Assembly: GCA_009103225.1 (NCBI GenBank)
Contig: RHPI01001715.1
Span: 655,042 to 719,041 of the forward strand
Length of the DNA: 64,000 nucleotides
From: Chlorokybus atmophyticus
Taxonomy: Eukaryota; Plantae; Mesostigma and Chlorokybus algae
Direction: 5' to 3'
Part shown: positions 29,401-40,560 of the stretch, in pieces
Position numbering within the stretch: the stretch's first letter is position 1
Layout of the letters: each line of letters opens with the position of its first letter
The notes under the pieces: model-generated
Told to the model about the DNA's origin: nothing
What the model saw: the letters and a program-made list of their open reading frames with translations, nothing else
The model's database searches: none
Position numbers and translations under genes: made by a program

Positions 29401-30156
29401 ACTTTTGTAGGGGCCATGTTCCACATTGTATCCGCGTGGTACATGTGTATGCAAACGCTGCGTCCACAACCATTCTTTCTGTGCAGCCCGGTGGTGCCAA
29501 GCATCATTGGTTTCATTGGGCAAGGGAGGTAAGTACTCTATTGGTGACACTCCCCACGACTGCACGGGTATCTTGCACATGGTTTGTTCCAGCACAGTAG
29601 CAGTCGGACGATGTGCAGCTCCCCAATGCCCTTGATACCGCTCAAATGCCGAAGGCACTGTCATGCCCACGTAACACTTCTTCGCGCTAGTCAGCAGATA
29701 TATCACATAAATGACATGGTTGTCCTCGGTCGTCGACAGGCACCAGGGCGTGTGCAAAATGTGCAGCACTCGCTTGCGTAATCTTCTCAACACTGGCAGC
29801 TGCCAATGCCAATGCACGTCCAACACTTGCGCTTTGATGCTCTGCCAATCCCTTGCCGGTGATGCCATGGCGCTGTTCCCTTCGCAGCACTGCTATGTAT
29901 GATCAAACGGGGTGGGCACTATTTCTAGCTAACAACACAGCAGCTGTCTAGATCAGTTCAACATGCAGAGTGCGCCCGGTCAAGCACTCACAACATACAA
30001 AGCGCATGTCACTCATGACATTCAGGACATCACAACGCATATGTGGCATGCACGAACCCATGCCGAAGCATAGGGTAGCCAGCCGCTTACCCAAAATGGC
30101 GCAAGCGCGCTGGGCTGGCCTCTGGCTTGGGACGGTCGGACTGACCAACCAGGGCA
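26430..30156 (-). mobile_element. Penelope-like retroelement with N-terminal GIY-YIG endonuclease (Naiad/Chlamys-type architecture), apparently full length
   Basis: Single intronless 953-aa EN-RT ORF, bounded by an exact 32-bp direct repeat (26398-26429 and 30157-30188). Confidence 0.9.
27007..29868 (-). CDS. PLE polyprotein: GIY-YIG endonuclease - CxC..H..H linker - reverse transcriptase - thumb
   Basis: EN: IYLLTSAKKCYVGMT...RY..H...EWLWTQRLHTHVPRGYN. Linker: CVCQQPQWRGQLHADLNHVVSCD...LRGILQRGAKFR. RT: LFKLHKTPPQPRFIAA, TFDFSTRYT, KQRVGIPM, RYIDDLF, VPFLDL. Confidence 0.93.
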   Translation of the reverse strand: MASPARDWQSIKAQVLDVHWHWQLPVLRRLRKRVLHILHTPWCLSTTEDNHVIYVIYLLTSAKKCYVGMTVPSAFERYQGHWGAAHRPTATVLEQTMCKIPVQSWGVSPIEYLPPLPNETNDAWHHRAAQKEWLWTQRLHTHVPRGYNVEHGPYKSARLPHWRRQQLRRQPQPRPHEQPGRTFGYRDFFRRIQRLAERVQQQRLTLANLLKFKQLNLCKMLNVLLHTAPQDLRVLPSHAATLTETLPRLLANYPTALPQTRSARLLIACPFANGAADELQLQKLLSHPLLLATLPAHLQARLGQPLVVWRCSQSVGRMLCNRTRDLLASTALQQVQVMSATLCVCQQPQWRGQLHADLNHVVSCDYDRVTCSTVLRGILQRGAKFRSQVPADVAVCLPAITSAVSRFASELENKWGLPFVLQQWVTTLLSLVRQRADAITAMPKYQGQNVNHAPDTMAPWDAAALQLLHRDFIITEVDKCTGTLVAVCRKHYWLCLTQELLTETYEREDAQAQAVLQRHAQWMNQLHDYYTAKLHQQPKLPHLYLLFKLHKTPPQPRFIAAARDSSLADASLWLSRGYQCMTPIWHQLWEEVVGLSTVHHSWIMKDSGAFGRLQAAFNTTRTVQDKRQPLLLRTFDFSTRYTRIQHTYLLERMHSLVNATFHMQHQRTRATHLHLTVNPDRSVQHRWTAAAQYRTDEEGTWRTFTAELIYNVLAFLLDNLYIRTASDELYKQRVGIPMHNSAGVHLANGDLLTYELDFMEHLRQQGHVQLLQRCATGILRYIDDLFVVGVPDFERLLYMDPHVPGGGLYPRDSLTMTQTAVGTKVPFLDLEVFQTKDGICTKLYSKRDLPAYSTIPHHRAPLPTANTPRTVQLGVISSQYARFTRVCTYRTHFLTAMTDLIHAMQRDGHPLNKLLTTLRQTLLRSKEYVYCTPPMLLYMMVVKKVKVKQHPQR

Positions 30157-30188
30157 GTGTGTAACATATATGCAATGTTATGCATGTG
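30157..30188 (+). repeat. 32-bp direct repeat, right copy (putative target-site duplication of the PLE)
   Basis: Identical to 26398-26429. Bases on either side differ. Confidence 0.9.
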
Positions 30189-31073
30189 TGATAGATAACA
30201 GTCTGAGAGCGCGTGGAGCCGTCTAACGTACAAGTTTATGCTGCTGCCTTGTGTAGTATTGTAATGCATGCAGGTTTTTGTGACATAGGATGTCAGCCAG
30301 TGTCACTGATATTTTCGGTGTGCTTGTCGTCGTGTCCATATTGGATTTTTTGTGTCAGCAAAAGAATGTGCAGCTCAGTATCACAACAAACTTGTGACTG
30401 ACAAGTGATACCTAGCATCCATGTGTGAATCACTGTACAAAAGATGGTACGCTAGGATGGTCACATGCACGGTGTCACAGCCACAACACATGCATGTTGT
30501 CAAGCACACAACGCATGCAGGCAGACACCACCACTTGTATTACCACCCACCACCAGGCCAAGGCTACCTCGCCAAAACTGTGGACAAGCTGCATATTGCC
30601 AAACAACAGATACAACAACATTGGTGCACTGTAGTAGACATCCAACTAGCTGTGCACGCATACTACGCACACTGAGCGCGCGCAAAAAAACTGGCACACC
30701 GCAGCAGTAGAGCAGCGAACTGACTAGCGGCAATATTAAGTTACACCGTTACCTTGCTAAGGTACTGTACATAGCTGTCTAGACTGTGCAACAGTAGCAT
30801 CCTCTGCTGCTCTTGCTGGCATACCAATGCAGGCAGATGATAAGAGTAGGAACAGGAAACACCCACCAGCTACGAAAGAGCTTGCAGTGGTGCCGGCTGG
30901 GACTTGTGATGTACACGTGATAAGTGTTATCCCAATTTGCTGGCGAAGTGAAGCTCACACAGTAGCCCAGCCGTGCAGATGGACTCGCCGTTGGAAGAAG
31001 CATACGCTGGCTTGAGTATAGTGAAGCTGTGCGAGCTTAACTTGTCGTTGGTGCGGACAAAGGTGGTCGCCCA

Positions 31074-33393
31074 TCAATTTGCCCACACATGCACCAAACC
31101 CTGTTTGTTGCCAGTGTAGATCTCATTGCGATCCTCATCGTAAAACAACGCGGTTACTTCCTCCAGAGCATCGTGCGTGCGATAGCTCTTGTCAGACCCA
31201 GCTTGAATCTTTGCCAGACATTTGCCGGTGAGAATGCTGGAAATGTTGATGGAACCAACCACTGCGCGCCACAGGCATGTGTCACCATATGTGTCAGCAT
31301 TGCAAAATGCATAATTGGATCAGTGGCAAGGCAGCACCACTTACTGTGGCCTTCTATCCTCCTGTCATCTGGATGCGGTTTGCAATACGAGATGATCAGG
31401 TCCTGGTCACTGGTGATGTAGATGTTGTTTGTGTTGCAGTCAGGGTACCAAAGCAAGTGATCCTCAAAACTGCCAAGCCGCAAGATATGTAAGTAGTAAA
31501 AGATAGGAAGCATGTTACTCAATGCATGCAGACTAATGTGCACAACGCATATCAGGAGATACCTAGTGACAATTTCACCGCGGAAGTTCCAGAGTGCCAC
31601 TGTGCGATTTCTGAAAGTGAGAAACAACTGGTTCTCGTACAAAAATATGAAGGCTGAGGGTGTCATGAAGTCTGTCCTGCTGACTTCAACCAGCTCTGAT
31701 GTGCGAACCTGAAAAGTCACAGGGAGACACAAGGAACCAGGAGTGTCAACAAGCATCCCAAGAAGACATAAAGGGCAGTGTCAACTGCAAAGGCAACAAC
31801 ATGCACTCACGTCGAGAATCTGGAGATTCTCGTTTTCTTGCTTCACAAGCAGCTTTTCATTAAACTGTTCAATGAAGTCCACTTTTTTGTTTCGGTGAAG
31901 CATGTGTGTAAAGTCCTTCAGCACCTGCACAAAAGTCGTTTTACATAAAACTTTTAACCGCTGATGACTGCAGGACTCACCTTGCCATCTTCAATTGAAA
32001 GGATCTTCAGCGGCACATGACTTTGCGCTCGGTCAAAAATTAGCAGCATGATGCCGGGACTGCAAGAAGTTACAGGAATATAGTCCGTCTGACAGCAACA
32101 GCTTGGGAGCGGGACAGAAAACACACGCAGTACCTGATCTTGATCTCTTGGACATTCTTGTCCGAGATTTGGTACAACAGGTTGTAGTTCTTCAGATCAA
32201 AAACTTTGTACACCCTGAACGTGTGAAAAAATCAACGTTGGACCTAACAGTCATCAGCAAGCTGACGCGAGCTCCTTACTGGATTTACCTGTCTTGTGCA
32301 GAGTATGTCAACACCTTAGCATTGACATCATCAAACTCAACAAATCCAGGCCATCGTAGCAGCTCTGACTCAAATAAAGGAAACCCAGCATCTGGCTGGC
32401 CGCGTTTGATATACCTGAACGTCAAAATGATGTTGGAGGGGGTTGCACGCACAAAGGGATACATTCACCCACACAACGACATCGACATGCTGCAATACGC
32501 TTACTCTATGGGCGTTGTCCTGCACTTGAGGGAGCTGAAGTTGTCACTAGCATACACTGACACTGTGATTAGTGAATTATTGTTCTTGTTGTAGAAGAGG
32601 CTCCTGATGACTTCATCTGAACTAATGTTGAGGAAACATATTCGCTTGTTGGTTTCTGCCACAAGCAACACAGATATGTCAGCTGAGGTGGTAAGTACTA
32701 AGCAACCACAGCATACGGACTTATTGCAAAATATGCACCTCTGCTAAAAGCCGCGCAAACACCGGAATGTGCAAGAGCAAAAACAATGTCCCTCGCCGCA
32801 ACGATCTCAACAATCTTTGACCTATTCTTGAAAAACGACAACTTCAAAAAGGCATGGGACTCTGGGTCATATGTGTCGTACTCCTCCTGCACATAAGACT
32901 GGTCAGCTAAGCTTTGGCAGGTATCACACAACACGTTGCAGCACATGTGTTTCCTGCAAATTGAGAAGGCCTGATCCGACTTTAAGACTCCTAACTTTGG
33001 CCAGAGGCAAGCATTTGTGAACGAGCTCCCTCCAAAGCTAATATTATAGTTACATTGTTACACACCATCACCGACGTCCAGGATGTGGCCATCGGTGCAT
33101 GCCTCATACGCCCAAAATTGTTGAAACACACCAAGAACAGACGCTACACACACTGCCTTGCAATGCACCTGCAGCGCGAGGTTGCGGAACTTCTCGGCAG
33201 CGTTGAAGCGGTTGAACTGCAGGTTGCCCTTGCGGGAGATCTCGCGGCAGAACAGCTTGCGAACGTAGTTCTGGCCGTCAGCAAGGTGGTCGCTAGCTCT
33301 TTGCCTCTTGCCTGGCACAGCGCCCATCACCCGCCGCCCGCCCGTGGGCCGCGGACTCCTCCTTGTGATGCCCACCCCGCTGCAGGCCTCCAT
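31074..33393 (-). CDS. Conserved WD40/beta-propeller-like protein of unknown function (close to the Arabidopsis At3g54190/At2g38630 family as I recall it)
   Basis: Multi-exon. IVEIVAARDIVFALAHSGVCAAFSR, VIRSLFYNKNN.SLITVSVYASDNFSSLKCR, WPGFVEFDDVN, DFIEQFNEKLLVKQENENLQILDV, FEDHLLWYPDCNTNNIYIT, ALFYDEDRNEIYTGN. Confidence 0.9.
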
Positions 33394-34088
33394 GGCCTCC
33401 TGCGCTTAGACTCCGGCCCCACTGGCACGCACAGAGCACACAGCTCCGCAGGTCCTTCACCTTCAGAATGCGCTGCAGCTAGGATTCAGCGTGCGGCAGC
33501 ATGGCTAACCAGCTGGCTCCTCAGCACAGGCAAGGCCAGCTCAATCCCCTTCGCAGGTTCAACCAATCAGGCCACAATGCACCGCAACCATCGCCGGCGA
33601 CAATTGCTCTCGTCCAGGGCCTTATCCAGCGGCTTGTACACCGACGAGGCCGACAAGGCTACCGATGCCTGCACTGCCGGCAACCCCGCCGCCGCCTCTG
33701 CCAGCGCCCACAAACCCTACCGGCAATATCTCGCCACCTGCGTTGCAGAGCAAGAGTGGTGACAAATCTGCTACAAGAGCTCCGCTTCGTTTTCCCTACC
33801 AGTTCTCAAAAGCCACATTCCTTTAGCGCTGGCCGAGTAGGTTTCGCCCGCAAGAGGTAGAATTGTAGCAATGAAAAAGCCAGTTTAGAGCCAAGGAGCG
33901 GCAATGATGGTCGGCCGATTTTTCAAAAGGTTTCGCACCAACGGTCTACGCAAAAGTTGTACAAGCAGCAAAATTTATTTTGAATTGAATGGATCGGGGT
34001 GCAGAAAACAGGTTTGGACTCCAAGCGAGTCGATCGGGTTGCAGCTCACATGACGCTGCCGAGCAGCATGACGATCAGGCCAACGACC

Positions 34089-34737
34089 ATGGGGATGGCG
34101 GCGGCGGCGGCGGCGGGGGCGGGGGCGGGGGCGGCGGCGGGGCGCTGGCGGACGGCGTCGTGTGTGATGCTTCTAGCGACCTTGCTGGCAGCTGTGAGCC
34201 TGAGGACGGTTGACGCCAAAGCTGACTTCAGCAGGGCTGTGTTCGAGGTGAGGCTGCTGAGCCTGGCAGTTGTTTGCTGAAGGTTGGCGCAGCTTGGGGC
34301 ATGGATGTTCCTTAACGCTTCATGCTTTGCAGTCATGCAGTGGGTGCAAGCTAAACAGGTTGCCGGAGCTCAAGCGCTTCCTGAAGCAAGAGGTGGAGGC
34401 GGGAGCATTCGGTGCAGCCGTCACAGTAAAGTACATCGGCGGGCACAACCCCGACCTTGTACTCTATGATGGCGCAGGGATTGAAGTGGTGCGCATTGAT
34501 ATTACCAAATACAAGGCGGAGGAGGTGAGTTGTGCTTGGCTTCAAGGGTGAAAGTGGTCGTGATGTTGAAGTATATCAAGTATGTACGTAGAAACAGGTG
34601 ATATGCGCCAACAGCTGCTATGCCACACTGTGTACGTTTTGTGTACGTTTCCATGCACGTGCTGACAGGTTGTTTTGTTGCAGTTAAGGCATTTACTGCA
34701 AGCTAAGGGATTTTCTCCACCCATCGATGAGCTTTAA
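34089..34737 (+). CDS. SELENOM: Selenoprotein M (Sep15/SelM family) homologue with Cys in place of Sec, signal peptide and C-terminal IDEL
   Basis: Exons 34089-34247, 34333-34524, 34684-34737 give RAVFE|SCSGCKLNRLPELKRFL...KYIGGHNPDLVLYD...EE|LRHLLQAKGFSPPIDEL*. Confidence 0.85.
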
Positions 34738-34749
34738 GTGTCACATGCC

Positions 34750-35450
34750 AAGCAGCGTGTCTTTGCAGAGTTTGTATGTTTTACATTCGCATGCGATATG
34801 TGCTGTGCCTTAACATTTGGTGCTTATCAATTGTTCATGGTAAAATCATGACTATAACATCGTGTTAACAATGTTATGTTACACGCATTGTTTGACATAT
34901 ACACACAATGCACAAGCCTTGTGCATTATACTATGCACTTTATGACATAATTATCGGCATGTCTACATGAATCCTACTTGAAAATGGTACCGAGATTACT
35001 TTACATACATGTCTACAATACATTTGCTTTGACATGTGAATGTCAGATCATATGTATAGCTATATTTTATGCGAATCTATTTTGCATGTAAAGTGGGCTC
35101 GAACAAGTATATGGTAAAAACATCATTACCTTTAAGATATAGATAAAGGTTATCTCGATTACCCCACGCTTTGTGCGCGCAAGTGCGCGCACACATGGCA
35201 TCACCTCATGTAGATGTAGATGGCATTTTTGTGATTGATATAGAGATGATAACATTGCACGTTGCCATCTGTAAAGCATTTGAGGATACATGTGCATATC
35301 ATAACAACGTTGATTCGATAATTGCACAGCATAATTGATGCGTTTAACTGATGATCGTATATGACAAAACACCCTACATAACACATATACCTTATACATA
35401 AATGTTATACACAAATTTAAGCCCCCCACCCATTTGGAGCCCCCCACTCA
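34750..35450. other. AT-rich decayed tract
   Basis: Low GC, TG/CA rich, no recognisable ORF. Confidence 0.35.
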
Positions 35451-36168
35451 GACAGCAACATCTTCAAAACGGGCAAGTTTTGAGTAGTGGTGTTGCAATA
35501 TGTTAAGTTTACTCGCATTTGCACACTACGAGAGCATTTTGCCGTGGCCATGGTGCAATTATTGAGGGACGTGCAAGCTGACGGATATACTACAAGTAGG
35601 ATGTTGGCCAAGTTGCAAGCCAAGATGTACAACGCGCATGGAAACAACTACGACACCACCCATTAACGACTGAACCTGCAGATAGCATGCAAGTGCACAT
35701 TACCGGCATATGTAAGTAAGGTAAGCTGCTGGTTGTCCAAGGTGCGGGGAGCAGCTGTTACCGTAAGTGACTGCCCGTACATGTTTTATCGGCACGTATG
35801 ACAAGTGCATGATTGCCTCTATGCGTGATGGCACATATGCATAAGCAATTGCGTATGTCATATGCAATCATACAATGTTGTTGACTGTGCCTAACTCCCA
35901 ACGGCTTTGTTGTTGTTGTCCGCCCTACAATCCCCTGCAGCCATTATGGACACTTTATCAATCTTACTATACACCGAATGGACCACACATACACCCTAAA
36001 GCCGCCATCTTGAGCAGCAGTTGCATAGCACCGCAAGCACCCCGCCCTCCGCCCTGCCTAACCTGCATGCACTTGCTGCTGCGCTACGCTCTTACCTTGC
36101 CTTGCACTACAGCCAACCTTACAAGCGCCTGTTGCACAGGCATGCTTGCTTCTTTGCCGTTCTTCTTT

Positions 36169-36169
36169 G

Positions 36170-36205
<36 letters not shown>

Positions 36206-36206
36206 C
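36169..36206. repeat. (CCTG)n tetranucleotide microsatellite
   Basis: Directly visible tandem array. Confidence 0.9.
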
Positions 36207-36512
36207 CCGCCCCTTGCAATGCACTCAGCTACTTGCACATAGGTAAGTTGCAGGTGTGAAGCCCCCACATGAATTCATTGGCTTGCTGCCCTATTCAGTC
36301 TGCTTTTTGCTTGCTGCGTGTGCGTGTGTGCATGCATGACACTTTCCTCTGCCCTATTGAAAAGCATATACAAATTAAGGCCTTAGCAAAGACATGTGAA
36401 GCATGTGGCTTACGCAATGCAAAGCGGTCGTAAAAGTATAGCAAGTTCTGTAGGAATGTGCTTACATGAACCCAACTTTTCACCTTTCCAAAATCTACTA
36501 GTAAGCCACAGC

Positions 36513-38130
36513 ATGTGTAACAAGTGGGCTCCGACGAAAGCGGACGCTAGAGCTGCGCAGCTTGAGGAGGCCGCTGAGCATGCCGCTGGAGGTTGGGCCG
36601 ATGGTGGGCAGAACGGCGCGGCCGACAAGAGGCGTGCTCCAAAGGCTAGGCCTACGCAGCCTGCCCCTATAGCTACGCAGCTGGTGCCGCCGCTGAAGTC
36701 ACGTGCAAAGACTGGCTGAGCGTGACACTGTGATGGAGAAGCAGGGCGTGACCCTGGAAGACGCTGCACAGCCCGTTGTGAAGCTACCCAATGTGCCACG
36801 CCGTTGCTGTAGCAAAGGGGAGGCATTGTTATCTGAGGAGGAAGAGGAGGTGATGAAAAAAAGGCACAAGAACAAGGAGAACAAAAAGAAGAAAAAAAAG
36901 GTTTTCACACACAAAAAAAAACGCACGTCCTCATTGTCATCGACTTCGTTACGTCATCAAGCTAATTCTCAAATGATGACAGCTATAACGCTTTTGCCCA
37001 GCATACAACATGCATCAAGGAAACCGGCTTTACCAAGCGACTGTTCAGGAACACGGAGGCGTGTGCATTGTGGGAAGAGCATCGTTCGCGCAAGCTCTCG
37101 CCTGGCGTGCAAGCCGGCTTTAAAGCAATCGATCGCGCCCTTTTCACAGGTCCTCCAGTGTTACAGATGGTGGCATTTCTTTATCAGATAGTGCTCACGC
37201 ATGTGCACGATAGCCTGTACTTTGCAACAGCTTTTGCGTCGGGTGCGCGTGGTATTATGATGCCCGCATTCATGAATGCCCGCATCGCCCGCGACAAGGA
37301 AGACAAGATCATCTCCCGCCTCACCAAGCTCGCCAACACCTTCCAAGGCAAAGCTGCTAAGGAAAAGGCAAAGACGTCCGCTTCTCTGTAAGTTTACTTG
37401 TTGTTTGCAAGCTAATATTGTCAACTTGTCAACTGGTTAATTACCACATTCGTTGCAAGTGTTGGCACTATTGTAAGTGCACAGTAAGCACCGCAATGCG
37501 CAGCTGCTATATAATATGTGCAATGCACACAAGACACTGAAAGTGCACAATGTGCAATAATTAAGTTGCACAATGTGCGCATCACCTGTGCTTATGGCTG
37601 CACACAGTGTGCATGCAGTCCCTTATTAGTCATACAGCCGCACAATGTGCGCATGCATCGCGCATAGCGCCTACTCACAAGGCTGCACACAATGTGCATG
37701 CAGCCCTTTGTTGGTGCAGCTACAAGGTACGCATGTAGTGGTCATTGTTGGCAATGCTTAGCTTGTAAAACATAAGAGGGCAGAGTGCTTAGCCGTGCCT
37801 CTTATGGCTGCACACAATGTGCATGCAGCACTGCAGCATGGCATGCTTACAAGCCTCACGTGATATATGTGACACATCACGATTGTGTGCAGGCAGGCGC
37901 TCGGTCGCTGAAAAGGGAAATACCCAGTTCCAGCGTGGCCGCGGTGGTGGTGGCTACAGTCGCGGTGGTCGTGGTAGTTACGGTTGCGGAGGCGGCTATT
38001 ACGGTCAGCAAGCTGCACCCGCTCAGCAGGAAGCATACTATGTCCCCGTGCAAAAGCAGCCACACTTAGCATTACAGCAGCGAGTTGAGCCCAGTATAGC
38101 TGCTGAGTCGCTATATTGCAGTGGTAGTGC
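36513..38130 (+). pseudogene. Putative spliced gag-like ORF of the DIRS element
   Basis: Coding-looking blocks at about 36513-36850, 37050-37387 and 37897-38130 (RGG/YG-rich: QFQRGRGGGGYSRGGRGSYG) lie immediately upstream of the RT remnant. The 37387|37897 join is in frame. No diagnostic motif. Confidence 0.4.
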
Positions 38131-38749
38131 ATGTCGAGAGGTGCCGGTGCTGGTGTATATCATGACACAATGCGCACGCGCGCATGTATGCATGTGTGCG
38201 CAACCGCGCATGTATGCTGGTTTAGATCATGTACCATAGTGTATCATAAGTCCAGCTCTTCACTGTTGACAATGTCATGTGCATGATGCACAGCTGTATG
38301 TTGCGTAGCAGGTGCATTTCGTATCAGCTCACGCTGATACTGAATTCGGGCATGGTCTAATTGACTGGCATGTGTGCAGACATAGCACACCTATGACCGT
38401 TAGCTACTAGTGAGATTGGCGAGGATGACTGCATGCAGGCAGAGTGAGATCCTGTAATGCCAGCATTGGCAGTAGACCCTTTATCCCCATCAGAGGAGCA
38501 CACTTATGTGATGCCACTAGTGCAACACACTGCTGCGAGCAAACCCGCTGCACATCAAGAAGAAGACAATCGTTCCATATATGCGGAGTTGCCACAAGTG
38601 GCGAGTGCCTTTTCAGAATGTCCCACCTCTACAACTTAATGGGCAGAGCAGCTATGCATTGAAACTTTGCGGAGAACTTTATAGCAGCCTATTGCAGCAA
38701 CAGCTTGCAGCCTGGAGCACTTGCGTCCAATTAAATATGCAAGGCAAAA

Positions 38750-40560
38750 AGGCATTTGCGCTTGACTGGTTGCGTTATGGGTATCGGATTACAATGGGTA
38801 GGCACTCAAGTATCGCATCGACTCAAGCGAGAAGAAGCACATGCGCTGTTAAAGGCCGAAGGCTTCGTTGTTGACGATATTACAACTATCTTGTCACGCA
38901 ATTCTCCAACACTAGTGGTGAAAACTGCGAGTCCGCCTCTATACATTGCGATTACGTTGTCAATAAATTGGCGAATTTGGTGACAACAGCAGCAGCTCTT
39001 TGTCGTTGATGCGCATAGCGTGGTGGTGGTTATTAGCATAGGTGTGGTCCAGCAAGAAAAACGTTCAAGGCTCATTATGGATTTGAGGTATATCAACCAC
39101 TTTTTGCGTAACATCCTTTCACCTATGAGCGTTTACGAGATGTTTTATTGAACACGCACCATTTTCAAGCAAGTAATAGCGGATCAAAAGTCGGGTTATC
39201 GTCATGTGCCCATGAGGACAGCAAGCCTTACTTGGCTTTGCAATTTGTTGGAGTCACATATAGATGGAATGTGCTGCCATTCGGCCTGAATTAAGCATGC
39301 TGGTTGTTCACGAACAACTGTCTTCACGCCTTTACGGGCAAAGGGGTTTTTCGTGCCTTGCCTATATTGACGACATGCACTTTAGCCATTGCAATCGTTG
39401 GCATTTGTGCTAGCGCATTCGCCGCATGCTGCGCCTATTTACGACGCTTGGCATATATATTTTTGTGAAGAAAAGACAATTGTGGCCCTGAGTAAGTGGT
39501 GCAGTTCTTTGGTCTGCTCGTAGACACAGTAACCAGCCTTTGTTTCCAGTCCCTCAAGCAAGCTGGCCAAGCTTTTGCAGCTGATAAAAGAATTAGCAGA
39601 GGCTCTGATATTTACGAAACGTCACCTAGCACGCATTGCTGGCAAATTGATCGCGTTGAAGCTAGCATTTGCACCTGCAAGCATTTATGCTCGCTAGTTG
39701 ATGCGTCTGGCATTGGCCACACTGTCTCTCTGGCAGATGCATAGGACAATGTGATACGGGCGCCTTCAGACACTTTCGTGATTGGCCTGCTGCTGGCTTG
39801 CAGACATTCAATGGCAATGCTTGGTGAAAGCCGCCTGTACTGTTGAAGCTGCATGTGGATGCTTCTGGTACAATTGGATGGGGGGCGACAGGGCCTTGGC
39901 CTTGCATGGCAGGCAGCTTCAAGCCCAAGTATAGGTCTACCTTTGGCCGTAAAGGAGGCACTAGCTTATGTGCAAACGTATATTGAAGTGGCGCGCACGC
40001 ATGATCTCCAGCTTTATACAGTGCGCATCATTGGCAATCGTCAACTAGCAATTTAAACAAGATGTCTGCTTCTGAGCCTCACATGCTGCAGGCTTTACAT
40101 CAGCTGCGGTCTTTGTGCTGGGAGCGTGATATTGCACCAACATGTGTGTGGCGCTCGCGTGATGCGCTGCGCGATGCTGATGCATTGACCAAATTTATTG
40201 ATTGAGGGAATTGGGCCCTGACTCAAGATGCAATTGCACATGTACAGCAGCATGTTGGACACCCAACATTGGATTGTTTTGCAGCTGATTGGAACAGCCA
40301 AGCACCCGCTTATTTCAATTACATACACATGCCTGGCAGCTTGGGTAATGCTTTAACTACAAACCGGCTTAATTTCCACAGGCTGAAGAGGCGGCTTTGT
40401 TTTGTGTCACCCTTCATTAGCTCTCCTGCATGAAGCCATAGCGTTAGTGCAGTATTACCAGCTGCCAGCTGTGATGTTGGTGCCTGAATGGCACCCTGTT
40501 GTGTGGTGGCCAGTGTTCCGCAACTGTCAATTTACTTATGTTGAGAGATCAGGCTCACGG
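38750..40560 (+). pseudogene. DIRS pol remnant: RT - RNase H - DNA adenine methyltransferase-like domain, with stops and frameshifts
   Basis: RLIMDLRYINHFL (about 39067), ADQKSGYRHV (about 39179), YRWNVLPFGL (about 39260), YIDD (39363-39374), LHVDASGTIGWG (about 39850), GHPTLDCFAADWN (about 40257), LVPEWHPVVWWPVF (about 40480). Confidence 0.85.

Noticed and set aside
29915-29960. CTGA...GAAA on the minus strand in the PLE 5' region (hammerhead candidate)
   Set aside because: The core reads CTGATCT, not CTGANGA, and no convincing stems I/III are present.
26430-30156. Pseudo-LTRs or in-frame selenocysteine codons in the PLE (features reported for some relatives)
   Set aside because: I see no long repeat shared by the 5' and 3' non-coding ends, and the ORF contains no internal TGA.
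33055-33860. Plus-strand ORFs of 235 aa and 119 aa
   Set aside because: They overlap the first exon and leader of the WD40-like gene in antisense and have no recognisable domain.
37591-37828. CRISPR-like repeat-spacer pattern
   Set aside because: Only three repeats of unequal length, irregular spacers (62 and 97 bp), eukaryotic context and no cas genes.
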